A DNA stretch of 64,000 bases from Octopus vulgaris (GCA_951406725.2 OX597832.1:35030001-35094000), one strand, 5' to 3'. Shown: positions 38,056 to 50,720, counted from the first letter of the stretch. The notes: generated by a model from the sequence alone, not told the origin. Numbers and translations: made by a program.

Positions 38056-39082
38056 CATATATCACATGCTCACATGGTCGCACCAGTTGATCCTGTCATT
38101 TCTTATCACACACAAACTTCTCCACTGGACTTTCTATCTACCCTTTACGGATTTTCTTTTGGACATTTACCCTCCGGCTGCACCTCTCCTACCTACGGAT
38201 CACTATGGACTCTACTCTATATGAATATTAGATAGTTTAGCAATTCCCATCTGGCTCAATGAAAGCCTATTGGTGATCATTGAGATCAAAAGCTTGTTTG
38301 ATTTCCTCTAAACCTTTGAGGAGGAAGGTTAAGAGAAGGATAAGTTGGAAATGATAAGAAAAGTTTTCTTGGTGTTTGTAAATATATGCTCATGAGATAG
38401 ATGCATAGTTTGAAAAGTATTTTGTTGTGTGTATGCACAGTGAAGAGTTGGAAATAAAAGAGGCAGAAATTAGGTGGGGGATTTTTTGTGAGGAAGTATT
38501 TCTTGCAATGTCTCATGTTTGAAAAGAAGCTAGTTGAAGGATTTTAAATGGATAGCAGAGACCCACTTGTTAGGGAACTAGAAGACCCAGGCAACCTTTT
38601 TCTCCTGAAAATCTAAGGCAGGCATTTTAGTTGTGGGTAAATATTTCCAAGTTGAATGACATTTTCCGCCTGCAGATTCTTTGCATTTGTAACTGTTGAT
38701 CTGTTTATATGTGAAGAGCTCAGGAATTTGGGGGTTTGTGAGCCTTGACTGCCAGGGGTATGCTGGCTCACCGCATTGAAGGATTTAAGAGAACACATCA
38801 ACTTGTTTTAAGCCTGATACTTAATCTATTGGCCTCTTTTGCCAAATTACAGGGGTGTAAATCAAAACTGGTTGTCAAGCATGGAACCATATTTTGAGGA
38901 AGTCAACTTCTTACTACGTGGCCTGTGCCTAGAATAATAAATGAAATCTGAAATATAAGGTGTGAAGTATAGAATCTAAAAAGAAAAATCCTAAAATCAA
39001 ATCTTATTTTTAGGTGGAAAGGTTGCTACAAATGGATCTGAGCGATCAAAGTGTTGGTAAAGCTGAAGTAGTCAGTTCAAAC

Positions 39083-39290
39083 GGCGGTGAGCTGGCAGAA
39101 ACATTACCATGTTGGGTGAAATGCTTAGTGGTATTTCATCTATCTTCACGTTCTGAGTTCAAATTCTGCCAAGGTTGACTTTACTTTTCATCCTTTTGAA
39201 GTCGATAAATTAAGTACCAGTTATGTACTGGGGTCAATCTAATTGACTGGCCCCCCCACTCCCCTAAAATTTTCGGCCTTGTGCCTAGAA
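39083..39290 (+). mobile_element. tRNA-derived SINE
   Basis: GGCGGTGAGCTGGCAGAAAC..GAGTTCAAATTCTGCC..TTTCATCCTTTTGAAGTCGATAAATTAAGTACCAG. Confidence 0.8.
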
Positions 39291-40155
39291 GAGAAGAGGA
39301 AAAATAAAACTGTTGGTTCAAAAGCAGTGCAGTGTAAAAAGAGGTACAAGGGGTGTGAAAATGAAAAGATGTCTCAGTTTAAAAGATATTAAAGCACAAA
39401 ACAGATGTTTAGGTGATAATCTACAATGTTAGATTACCAACTGTGGTATGTGGCAGATAAGAGGTGAATGATTTTGTTCAGATCAGAAGCTGCCGTGTGC
39501 AGAGGCTGAAGGATTTAAAAAATTTTTATTTCTGGATTATGATTTTGTATTAGATAAAATGTTTCACTTTTAGTTACCATTATTTGTTTTTACATCTCAA
39601 AACCCAAATGTAATTAGAAAATAAAATGTTTTTTTCTTCTTTTTAAGTTTCAAAATCTATGTATATGTTGACTAGAACATAGTTTCAAAAAGATACAGGT
39701 GGGTCAAATATATGAAATGGATAGAATGTTGGTGTGTATAGAGCACTAATATGCAATAACTTTGTCTAAACTATTGGAATCAAAGAGTAAGTATTTAGAT
39801 TATTACAGTAGCAATTATTAGTGGTTTGGTTGGTAGTGAATTGATAGAATTTTGCTTGATTGAAAGGGGAAAGTGTGAAGCTAAATGTTAGCTAAAACTT
39901 CATTGGGCCAAGTGGTATGTTTATGTTTGAACTTCTGAATGAGAAACAAGTTTAATTTTATCATCATATGTTTTAGACTAGACTTAGAATGCACATGAAG
40001 AACTCGATACAATACAAATGTCTAACCCTAACTGTAAATATAAACAATCTGTTTTAATGAAATTTCATGTTAACTGGCTAATTAGTCATAGTTAAAGTTT
40101 TATAATTAAAGGCCATAAGTTTACTTCATAATTTTTTAATTTTTTCATTTTTTAG

Positions 40156-40281
40156 AAAGTTAGTGAAGAAACCAAAGTAGTTGTTCAGAATGAAGAAGCA
40201 CAAGCTGGTGAGAAAACACGAGAGACGCAAGCTATTGCAGACGATGCACAGAGAGATCTCAGTGAGGCTTTGCCAGCATTA
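40156..40281 (+). CDS. DNAH1: Dynein heavy chain exon (KVSEETK...ADDAQRDLSEALPAL)
   Basis: ttttag|AAA ... TTA|gtcagt. Confidence 0.9.
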
Positions 40282-40669
40282 GTCAGTAACATTTCATATT
40301 GTCCTTCAACTGCAAATTGTTATTTATTGGTGACTCTTTGATACTCTCTCTACAGCAATTTATAAACTATGTTTAATTGTTAGTTATATTTTTATCATCT
40401 CGTATAATATATTCTCGTGTGTTTTTGTTTGTCTAAATTCATAATAGATTATTTTGTGAATGCTTTTCACAATACATTTTTACTTTGATTGCAAATTGAA
40501 ACTAAAAATTGAAGATTTTGCACAAAATGTTCTTTATTTATTAACAAAAAATGGGGTGGGGTGAGGGACCTTTCAAGTTAAGATGGTTTATTATTGCTTT
40601 GGATATAATGAAAATATTTGATTAAAAATTAATTTGTCTTATGATGGAATTAATAATTAAATATTTCAG

Positions 40670-40819
40670 GAAGAAGCCCTGGCTAGTTTAAAAACACTTA
40701 ATAAGAATGATGTTGTTGAAGTGAGAGCAATGCAAAGACCACCAGATGGCGTCCGTCTTGTCATTGATGCTGTCTGCATAATGAAGTCTGTCAAACCAAA
40801 ACGTGTTCCTGGAGAAAAG
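40670..40819 (+). CDS. DNAH1: Dynein heavy chain exon, MTBD (EEALASLKTLNKND...KRVPGEK)
   Basis: tttcag|GAA ... AAG|gttaga. Confidence 0.92.
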
Positions 40820-41073
40820 GTTAGAAAACTCAGTTTTTTCATGAAAACGATGCAAATTATTTCATTACCCAGTATCTCTAATATCCACTGCTTGAGATAT
40901 TGTAACATATGTACTCACTAATAATAGTTGGGTTTCTTTGAGAAGCAGATCTTAAAATTGGGATGCATTCTGGATAAAATAAGACTTTTTTTATATTTCT
41001 GATATTATTTAGATCTAATAAGGATATTTAGTTCTTGGTACAGAAAACTTGTTACTTGATTTTGCAGTATCTA

Positions 41074-41480
41074 TCCATCCCTCCATCCATCCCTCCATCC
41101 TTCCATCCATCCCTCCATCCCTCCATCCCTCCATCCATCCATCCATCCCTCCATCCCTCCATCCCTTCATCCCTCCATCCATCCATCCCTACCTCCATCC
41201 CTCCATCCCGCCATCCCTCCATCCTTCCATCCCTCCATCCATCCATCCCTACCTCCATCCATTCATCTATCCATCCATCCATCCATCCATCCCTACCTCC
41301 ATCCATTCCTCCATCCCTCCATCCCTTCATCCCTCCATCCATCCATCCCTACCTCCATCCATTCATCCTTCCATCCCTCCATCCATCCATCCTTCCATCC
41401 CTCCATCCATCCATCCCTACCTCCATCCATTCATCCATCCCTCCATCCATCCCTCCATCCCTACCTCCATCCATTCATCC
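41074..41480. repeat. Imperfect (TCCA/TCCC)n microsatellite
   Basis: About 400 bp of CCAT/CCCT tetramers. Confidence 0.95.
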
Positions 41481-42261
41481 ATTTTCATTGCTCATTGGGA
41501 CGGGTTGTGAGACTTGTGTCTTCAGGTACCTCTTCTACAAGATTCTAACCGAAGCAACCATCATTACATTTTCCTGTTGCATTCCCAAACATGACCAGCT
41601 GAGATTATGGATATATTATCCAATCATCTCACACACTGTCTACCCCTACATCTTCTACCAATTTGTCCAGTTTGAGAAGTCTGTCTTGCAATTTTTCCGT
41701 ACCATATTCTAACCATGTATCCAAAGTAGTGGAGCCATTGCCTCTCAATAAGAGAAAGTAGCTGTTTGAGAGAGACTTCCTGACTTTTGAGTTAGACACC
41801 TTGTATGTGATGTTACTCCAGAGTTCCTTAAGAGAAACCCAATTTCAGTTGCTAGTATTTCTGATTTTTTGGTCATTACCCAGCAATCATGACCATAATT
41901 GGAAAGACATGGGAACCAAACTGAAAATGGCTAGTTTTTTTTTCTTTACCTTCTTAGAATTGGATACTGGAGCAGGTGCCTTACTATAACAGCACACCTG
42001 CAATTTAGCAGGAAATTCAGTCTACTGCTTCCCATTACTTGTGAATATGGTCCCAAGACATGTAAATTTCTCCACTTGTCTCAGAGCTGCTCTACTTGCA
42101 TGCAAAATGCAGTTGGAAAACTTTCTGAAAAGGACCAATGCTGGAGTCTTCACAACACGTATTCTCATCCTTTCCTTGCAGCACTTGACAGTAAATCCAT
42201 TCAGTGAATGCTGGAGATCACCTTCTCATGAACCAGGTATATAATATATAATGAAATTATA

Positions 42262-42418
42262 AGGCGGCAAGCTGGCAGAAACGTTAGCACGCCGGGCGAA
42301 ATGCGTAGCCATATAAGTACCAGTTATGCACTGGGGTCAATATAATCAACTTAATCCGTTTGTCTGTCCTTGTCTGTCCCCTCTATGTTTAGCCCCTTGT
42401 AGGTAATAAAGAAATAAA
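42262..42418 (+). mobile_element. tRNA-derived SINE, internally deleted
   Basis: GGCGGCAAGCTGGCAGAAACGTTAGCACGCCGGGCGAAATGC joined to AAGTACCAGTT..AATAAAGAAATAA. Confidence 0.8.
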
Positions 42419-42862
42419 TATATAATGAAATTATTGTATACAGTGCTCAGGTGCACCACGACATGTCAAAAGTGCATATAAAGCATATGCAGTAATGTAC
42501 AAATGTCTGGAAAGTGAAGAGTGTATGAGTCAGATACATTCTTGCATGTGTATGGAGGGGAGAAAATCAGGTGTAGTGTTGGCGAATCTCAGGAAGCATG
42601 GAAGTTTTGAAGCATGCAATGCTCCGACAACTAACAACTGATGCTGGCAGTTTGTTCCATGCTTCAGCAACTCTTAGCGTGAAAAAATGTTTCTGAAAGT
42701 CATGGGAGCTGTGCTGTTTTCTGACTTTGTAAACATGTCTGTGGGTGTTAGACAGGTGGAGTTTGAAAAGGTGCTCAGAGTTATTGTTTGTAAGATGGTT
42801 AATAATTTTATGGGTGTCTGCCAAGCCAGCTGCCAGACGTCGGAGTTTCAGTGTATCCAATG
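42419..42862 (-). mobile_element. CR1-type LINE 3' end
   Basis: Near-identical to 3420-3850. Confidence 0.88.
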
Positions 42863-44386
42863 TAGTACTAATTATCTGCAAATATTAGCTGGCAGCCTCC
42901 ACATGCTCCAGTTGCAATACCAATGACAATACATACTCCTGTCAAAGTTTATCAGCCAAGTTTTTGACTTAAAAAAACATTTACCTGAGCATAAATATCT
43001 GGGCATGGCAACCAGAAGTTGCCTCTTAATTTTAAAAACTTCTGCAAAACACTCCACAGTAGCTCATGCACACACACAGTCATATACGTTTTTGAGGTCA
43101 ACAAAGAATGCATACACCTCTTGGCAATATGCCTGTGATTTCTTGAGCTTCGACTTGACTAATCTCTACTCTTCTTTTCCAGATTTTACTGGGGTGGTTC
43201 AACCAAATGATTCCCCTGTAATTAGAGCACTTTTTCTTGTCACCCTTTTTTAAAAATTAGGATTATCACTCTGGATTGCCATTGCTTTGGAGTCTTTCCA
43301 GGGGTCAAAACCACCTGGCATACATAATTCAGCTACATACTACTTTCTCTATTTAATACTTCATGCATCTCAGGCCATATTTCATCTTCTCCAGCAACCT
43401 CGACAGATCTGAGCTCTTAAATTGCCACTATGACTTTAGTCTTTGTGAGATCAGCAAAAATATTCTTTCTATCGCCCAGGGATATTCTTCTCTGTAGAGA
43501 GAACTCCAACTGAGTTCTCAGTGGTAGGTTTAGAAAAGGGTTTCTTGTTATGAAATTGATGCTATGTCGACCAGAATACATTATTAGCTGATCTAAAGTT
43601 TGAGTTCATCTCAACTCCAAACTCCTCCCATTATTTCATTTTGGACGTTTTACTGTCTCTGCTGCAACCTTTTGTGCCTCAGTGTTCTGCATGCAAAAAA
43701 AAAAAAAAATAAACAAAAATGGTGTGGTGTTTGTGTGGGGGAGGCTTGTTTCCAAGTCAAACATTGTATGCTTCCTTCTTTGCTTGGATAGTATCTTCAA
43801 CTTATTGGTAAAACCAGGAGGTTCTTCTACCACCTAACACCACACCAGTATTCCTTTGTATTATCATTTATTCTTTTGTATATATTTAAATTGCCTGTAA
43901 AACTTTGATGTTTATTTGAAAGTTTGAGGTGGAGGAAATGTTTATTTCAGCATCACCCACCCCCAGTCCTTATTCATCACTCATTCAATTGTAGAAACTA
44001 AGACACTGGAGCAGATGATAATAATGGTGATGATTACAATGATGATATAAATTGAATAAATGTACATGAACTGTTTCCATATGTCAAGGTCATCTTAAGT
44101 ACAAAAGCAGTAAGTTTCAACAGAAAGGCTGTGGTTAATTGAACTGGCAATATTTTGTATCTTTTACATATTTTTTTTTATTTAACCAAAAGTGATGAAA
44201 ATAATAGAAACTTTAGTGGAGTGAAAGGATATAATTAATTACTACACCTACTACAATCACTCTGTCCAACTTTTTATTACTTTTTTCATTTGACATAATA
44301 GAAAAAAAGATTTTTTTTTGGTCCCTGTTTTATTTTATTTTCTGGAAACCTGTAAAATATTGTTATTATTATTTATTGTTTTGTAG

Positions 44387-44560
44387 GTGGGTAGCAAGGT
44401 AGATGACTACTGGGAGCCAGGTAAAGCTTTGCTTCAAGATCCCGGAAAATTCTTAGAAAGTTTGCTGAAATATGACAAAGAGAATATTCCAGAAGAAACA
44501 ATCAAAAAGATCTCTCCATATATGGAAGACGAAGCCTTTACCCCACATGCTATTTCTAAG
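44387..44560 (+). CDS. DNAH1: Dynein heavy chain exon, MTBD (VGSKVDDYWEPGK...HAISK)
   Basis: ttgtag|GTG ... AAG|gtaatc. Confidence 0.92.
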
Positions 44561-44848
44561 GTAATCATGTCAAATCTTACCACGTTTTATTTCCTTTTAC
44601 AAATATCATTTTTGTTTTTCATTATTGTTATACACCATGTCAAGACAGAAGCACTACAAATCTAAAATGAGTATCGAAAATTGAAAAGGTGTATGTGACA
44701 AAAACATGTCCAATACCTACGAATATACTAAGTACATACATGTGTGTGTGTGTGTGTGTGTCATCATGGAAAGCAGATGTTAAATGACAACAACAATGAT
44801 GATGATGATCCATTTTATAGTAGTTTTATCCTACATAAATCCCTTTAA

Positions 44849-45068
44849 CCCTTTAGCATTCAAACCGGCCATATCCGGCCAAAATATTTAACCTGTTTTA
44901 TATTGAAACTGACCAGATCTCGCCTCTCACCTCAGCCCTACCATGTCATTCTAAAACTAAAAAATCACATCACTGAAATCTCTAAACTACAAGATAATGC
45001 ATGATTAATTCAAAACAATATAAACAAACAAATATCACATTTGACAGAATAATCTGAACACTAAAGGG
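44849..45068. mobile_element. piggyBac-type MITE
   Basis: TTAA|CCCTTTAG ... CTAAAGGG|TTAA. Confidence 0.85.
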
Positions 45069-45231
45069 TTAAGCTATACCTTATGAATCTTACATATATA
45101 CCATTCTGCCTAGAAAATGGATCTACACCTTCAATGTCCCTACATATCTCACATCTATTTTCTTTCCTCCACCTCACTCTCTATTTTGTATCACATCTAA
45201 ATTAACTATTACTTAACCGTCCTTTCACACC

Positions 45232-45283
45232 GTCTCCGATGAAGGGATATAATTAATAAATATCCTGGAAACAGCTGTAAGAC
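45232..45283 (+). ncRNA. Minimal type I hammerhead-ribozyme motif (U4C core variant)
   Basis: GTCT-CCGATGA-AGGGATAT(loop)ATATCCTG-GAAA-CAGCTG-TA-AGAC. Confidence 0.6.
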
Positions 45284-45482
45284 CTTCTATCTATAAGTGT
45301 TCTAATATCTACACAGCCTTGGTTTTTTTATCTCATTATGTAAAAAATTCTTATATACACACGCCGACATATGATCAATGTTGAACCCCTTATTCGCAAA
45401 ATTACCGAACCTGGATCTTAACTATGGTCTGTCTATATTCAGCATTACCTGACACCTTTGGGTCTCAATGACACCATTACCT

Positions 45483-45520
<38 letters not shown>

Positions 45521-45525
<5 letters not shown>

Positions 45526-45862
45526 TTAAATTAGAGATAAAACCACTATTAGGCAAATCATACAATGAAAAACTTAAGCCAATACATAAGATTATTTAAT
45601 TTATATTATTTAAATATATAACAAAATTATTAAAAAAATATAATTAATATAACACTACGATCGTTTCATGGCTGTTAATTTCTTTAAATTTTCGAGTTAC
45701 AGTCATTCATCAGGTGGTTTAAATATTTAAACCACCTGATGAATGACTGTAACTCGAAAATTTTGTTATATATTTAAATAATATAAATTAAATAATCTTA
45801 TGTATTGGCTTAAGTTTTTCATTGTATGATTTGCCTAATAGTGGTTTTATCTCTAATTTAAT
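45521..45862. mobile_element. Nested inverted-repeat element, Penelope pLTR-like
   Basis: About 105-bp outer IR plus about 38-bp inner perfect palindrome centred at 45724/45725. Confidence 0.75.
45653..45716 (-). ncRNA. Minimal type I hammerhead ribozyme with canonical core
   Basis: Minus strand CAC-CTGATGA-ATGACTGT(loop)ACAGCCAT-GAAA-CGATCG-TA-GTG. Confidence 0.7.
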
Positions 45863-46066
45863 ATAATATAATATTTTACTATAAAATTGGATTCAATACT
45901 AAATCTGATTTTTCCCTGTAAGTTTGGATTTATTCCCTAATATTTATTATATGCATGCATTTATGTATGTATATGTGTATGATTTGGAAATTTTTTGTTG
46001 ATCTTCATTTTTAATGACTTCAATATATTTGAAACATTTTCCCTTTAAATTTCTTCTATTATCTAG

Positions 46067-46345
46067 GTCTCTAAAGCATGTACATCAATATGTCAGTGGG
46101 TTCGTGCCATGTACAAATATTACTTTGTTGCTAAAGCGGTTGCTCCAAAAAGAGAAGCATTGAAAATTGCTCAGGCTGATTTATATGAAACTCAAAAAAT
46201 ATTGGATGCTGCCAAACAACGTCTGCAAGCAGTACAAGATGGCATAGAATCTCTGCAGGCAAAATATGATGACACTATGCGTAAGAAGAAAGATCTTGAA
46301 GAAAAGTGTGAGCAGTGTCAAGCACGCCTTGTTCGAGCAGATAAG
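46067..46345 (+). CDS. DNAH1: Dynein heavy chain exon (VSKACTSICQWVRAM...RLVRADK)
   Basis: atctag|GTC ... AAG|gtagag. Confidence 0.92.
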
Positions 46346-47350
46346 GTAGAGTATGAACTCTAATTTGTTCAGTCTGTTGACGTATTTAAATATTCATGAC
46401 ATTTTATAACCAGAAAATGTCCTGATATTCTGCTGTGTCTGGGGAGAGTCATTTTCTTTTTGTGTCTTATAATGTACTCACTGGTAAAATTTCCACTTGT
46501 TTCTTATTTTTATTTTCCTAAAATTTTTGTTGCGTCTTGCAATCTTTTCAATAGTTTGTCTTGATGTTATTGCTGATATTTAGCCTTGTTCCAGGAGAAC
46601 TGTAAACAAAGCTGCTTCATTCATTAACATCCTCGTTAATTAAATTTTGAACTACATTGTTCAGTATGCCCATTCCTATTTAGACTGGTTAGGTTGATTT
46701 AAGGAAATTTAGCTGCTATTTCTAGAAATGAAACAGCTGCATAGAGAAGTTGATAAACTTGCCATAGAAGAACTTGTTGGTATATATGAGAGAGAAAAGG
46801 AAGAGGAAGAGAGTTTGCCAGTTAACTTATTTAATGGAAGAAACATTGGAAAGCGAACTACAGTGAGTATGGAAGTTAATTCCAGAAATGTTTCAATGTC
46901 GTGATGTCATCAGTGAAACACAATCATGTGTCTTTGCTAAAATAATAATAAGATAATAGGTAAGTGTACAAGTAATATGTCCTGGCTGAAGTGGAAAAGC
47001 AGAAATGTTTTGAGACTAAATTAGTCCTTAACACCATTAAATATATGTCCAACAAGCTGAGTTGGACATATTTGATGCAGGGAACATAAAAAACAAAATA
47101 GAGCTAATCAAATAAAATGTCTACAGTGAAGACTAATCAAGGAATGCAAATGAAGGGGATGTATTGGTAAAGAATTACTATGGGATAGGTGTAGAAGGTA
47201 CCATAATGTATGGGAAGACCTAAGAACGCTTGATGTGAAGTAAGGGAAATGAATTAAAAACAAAATACAAAAAATATCTGAAATAAGATAAGGTTGGAGT
47301 ATTGAGAAATATGTTGCACTGTAATGGTGGCATCTAAAGCCAGTAAAATG

Positions 47351-47382
47351 GATGATGATGGTGATGGTGGTGGTGGTGGTGG

Positions 47383-47413
<31 letters not shown>

Positions 47414-47439
47414 GATGATGATGATGGTGGTGGTGGTGA

Positions 47440-47473
<34 letters not shown>

Positions 47474-47494
47474 CGTGGTGGTCGTGGTGGTGGT
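47351..47494. repeat. (GAT/GGT)n trinucleotide microsatellite
   Basis: Mixed GAT/GGT run. Confidence 0.95.
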
Positions 47495-47580
47495 ATTCCT
47501 GAATAGAAATAAATGATATCTTTTGTCTAAGGAAATGATTCTCTGAAAAATGTAATTCCAAATTTCCTTTCTGAAATCAG

Positions 47581-47712
47581 TTAATTGGAGGACTTGCAGA
47601 TGAAAAGAATCGGTGGAAAGCTTCAGCATTGAGATATGAGAAAATCCAAGACAATATGGTTGGTGATGTTATGGTATCAGCTGCATACATTGCCTACCTT
47701 GGAACATTTACA
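47581..47712 (+). CDS. DNAH1: Dynein heavy chain exon (LIGGLADEKNRW...IAYLGTFT)
   Basis: aatcag|TTA ... ACA|gtaaga. Confidence 0.92.
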
Positions 47713-48730
47713 GTAAGATCTTTATTCTTTAAATACAGACACATATTACACTTTAATCAAAGAGTGTCGTTTATGGCTATTAAACGATTAGAAGATATCT
47801 ACAGATTCCCTCCGTTTCCCTGCTGTTGTTTGAACCTTTAGCTTTGTTCGTCTTTATATCTCCATAGAAACTTATTACTCAAATGTATGTGATACCTCTG
47901 AAAAAAGCGAAACAGATAAATTTTTATGCTAATAGTTTTGTTAAGATTTATTACCATTTAATTGTAACAGAAGCAGTGTTAATACCAAAAGACTATCTCT
48001 ATTTCCAACTCAACTTGGTTGTTGTGTTAGAACATAGAATACTGTGTTATTTATTTAGAGGGGACCTCTCATATGAACTCATGCTGCATAAAAGCACTCA
48101 TATTTATACTGAGAACCCTCTGCTATGGCTGCCAGAACTGCCAGATCCTGTGATTTCACCCTGCCTGGGCTCCTCAGTGATAGGTGCCTGGTAGTGATAA
48201 CAGTTGAGATTCATCTGTCTCTGAGGTGCCCAGACATATGATTTGACTGTAGCAGATGGTTCTAATCTGTCAATAATATAAATATGAGTAATTTTACGCA
48301 CCATCAGTTTGTATGAAGGATCTTTTCAAGGTAAGTAATGCAGTATTCTATTCTAACACTATGTCCACATTAAGTTGGATATAAAGTTTCCCTTATTAAA
48401 GTTTATTACATTTGGCTTCATAAGTAGCTAATGTATGATTGCGGAATCTTAATACAAAGTGTTATTATTTGTTAGATTTTATTGTATTACATTTTTCCAT
48501 GATAGCAAGACCAGGATGGGTTTTGTAATTAATGCAAAAGAAATGTTAGAATCTGTTGTCAGTTCCATAGACTGAAGCAAGTAAAGCTATAAACTTTTCC
48601 CAGAGATTCAACTGAATTTTAAGGTTTGAAGTTATTTGTAATGAGCAGTTTCAAGATAAAGTGCAGAGCCTTAATTTTATGTTTTCTCAATGAAATATAT
48701 TTCTCCTTTTGTTTTTTCAAATATTTTTAG

Positions 48731-48976
48731 GGAGAATATCGAGCTGCCATGTATTCCTCTTGGATTCAAAAGATGCATGAATTGGATGTGCCTCAAACAG
48801 ATGATCCGAGTCTTATTTCGACTTTAAGTGATCCAGTTTTGATTCGTCAATGGCAAATCAATGGCTTACCTAAAGACAATTTGTCAGTTGAAAATGGAGT
48901 TATTGTACATTATGCTCGACGCTGGCCACTTTTTATTGACCCACAGGGACAGGCTAATAAATGGATAAAAGCAATG
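48731..48976 (+). CDS. DNAH1: Dynein heavy chain exon, AAA5 (GEYRAAMY...RWPLFIDPQGQANKWIKAM)
   Basis: ttttag|GGA ... ATG|gtaaga. Confidence 0.93.
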
Positions 48977-49011
48977 GTAAGACGCAGCAATTTACTTAAT
49001 TTGTATAAAAA

Positions 49012-49230
49012 TGTTGTGTCTGGGGAGAGTCATTTTCTTTTTGTGCCTTATTATGTAACACACTCACCGGTAAAATTTCCACTTTTTTCTTATTTTCATT
49101 GTCCTATAATTTTCATTGCATCTTGCAACATAATAAGGCACAAAAAGAAAATGACTCTCCCCAGACACAACAGAATATGCTTCAACACACGAAATCATAT
49201 AAAGAATCTTGCAAACCAACTCTAAAAACG
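49012..49230. mobile_element. Dispersed repeat with a perfect 45-bp inverted duplication (other copies at about 46425-46555 and 60760-60960)
   Basis: TGTGTCTGGGGAGAGTCATTTTCTTTTTGTG shared by three loci; arms 49012-49056 and 49128-49172. Confidence 0.75.
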
Positions 49231-49929
49231 AATTATAAAAATGTTATTTATCCGTGTAAACTTTTGATTTTGGAATCAGTATATTTCACTGATTGTGTCT
49301 AAAAAACCCAGAAACATGTCTTTTATTTTCATTTATTGACTTTAAAAAAACAAATTTAATCTACATTTTGGTATCCAACTGATCTTTTTGGAATTTTGTT
49401 TACTTGTTTGTTGTTTTTAGAATGTCTTTGTCTTGTAATTATTTTGATAATAGCTGATCAAAGATTTTTTAACTCACTATATTAAATATGTCAGACCCTA
49501 CTATATTTGTATTGAGTATGCCTTCCCATGTCTTCATGTCTTCATCAAATGGTGGAGTGGTTACAAACAGTGGCCTATATTTAATACTAGTGTGAATGAA
49601 TGTAAGCAAGAGTTAATTATTTATATGTGAACAAACACTTCCTAGTTACTCCTTTTAAAAACAATTTGAAGCGATGTGTACTTTATACGTTGATGTATTA
49701 TCTGATCTGAATACATATTTTCACGTCTGTTGGTATAAAAAAAAATGTGCATTTGATTTTTCGGCACGTAAAAAAACACAATTTGAGTAAATATACCAAA
49801 GATAAGCCGGTTCACTGGTTGATCAACAAATTTCTCCTGTGCAATAAATTTTTTTTGGTTAAGTCTGCATTAAATGGTGTGCACAGGAAAACAAGAAAAG
49901 GCTAACATAACAATGACCTTAGTGGCTTA

Positions 49930-50720
49930 AATGATGGATGAATACTCAAGGCAAGACTGCTCATTATATACTGATAGTATCTATTCTTCTGCCCAAATGA
50001 CAGAATATTTGTTGAAGAAGAAAGTCATTGGACTGGGTTGTTTTGCCATGATGAAAAGAAGTAATTTCCCAAAGTCTTTAATTAGAAGAGACAGTCAAAA
50101 GGCAAGCGTTAACTTTAACCAGTTTTTTCAATGGAAAGATTGCTACTGTAGTCTGAAAGAACAAACATCCTGTTTATTTCATCATGTCACAGAATATCAG
50201 GCAGCTGAGCACAGGAGGGCCCCAGTTCTTGTCCCAGAGCCAGGAAAAAGTGTGTAACTACAATCTGGTGCATGGCATAGACCTGAACAACCAAACTTCA
50301 CAAATGTCCTCACCACTATAAAAACATAGAGTTTTTCCTATGGGCTCCATATAATGTCTTTGTCAGATGGGATTTCTAATTCTTTATTAGCCATCTTCAC
50401 CATCTATAATTTTTGTTGAGGCTCTGCATGAGGAATTTGTAGCACCAGCATAAAGAAAATTGTATTTTGGTTGATATGCCTGTGGTTACAGTCAAAACAA
50501 AATGACGTAAAGGAAATGTTCCCCACAATGTTGAAAAGACTGCTAATTGCACTACGAGGCAGTGTTGTTATGTCTATAGGGGAAGATATTTCAGATCTAA
50601 AGGAGCAGACACCAGTGCAAGAGATATGGTCATACCTTAGAGATGCATTGCTGTCATTTTTGTAAGGAATCTCTCTGCTTTGGCAGTCCAGATGGAAATT
50701 GTTTGAATGGTTGGTACTTC
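49930..50720 (+). pseudogene. Decayed piggyBac-like transposase remnant
   Basis: LYTDSIYSSAQMTEYLL (cf. xxDNFYTS..LAEYLL), YNLVHGIDLNNQ (cf. YN..MGGVD..DQ), C-terminal LCFGSPDGNC; broken frames. Confidence 0.45.

Larger units (their letters stand above)
41481..43560 (-). mobile_element. Decayed RTE (Rex3/Expander-like) LINE interrupted by a SINE and a CR1
   Basis: Minus strand PGKTPKQW..IILIFKKGDKKKCSNYRGI near 43200-43300; C-terminal [13 protein letters not shown] near 41590. Confidence 0.55.

Noticed and set aside
39083-39170. tRNA genes at SINE heads (also 3221, 42262, 59944)
   Set aside because: Only A/B-box-like remnants followed by SINE bodies; no full cloverleaf.
41035-41712. Pro/Ser/His-rich ORFs
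   Set aside because: Translations of the (TCCA)n microsatellite.
47108-47629. Poly-His, poly-Thr/Ile and Gly/Asp ORFs
   Set aside because: Translations of the (GAT/GGT)n microsatellite.
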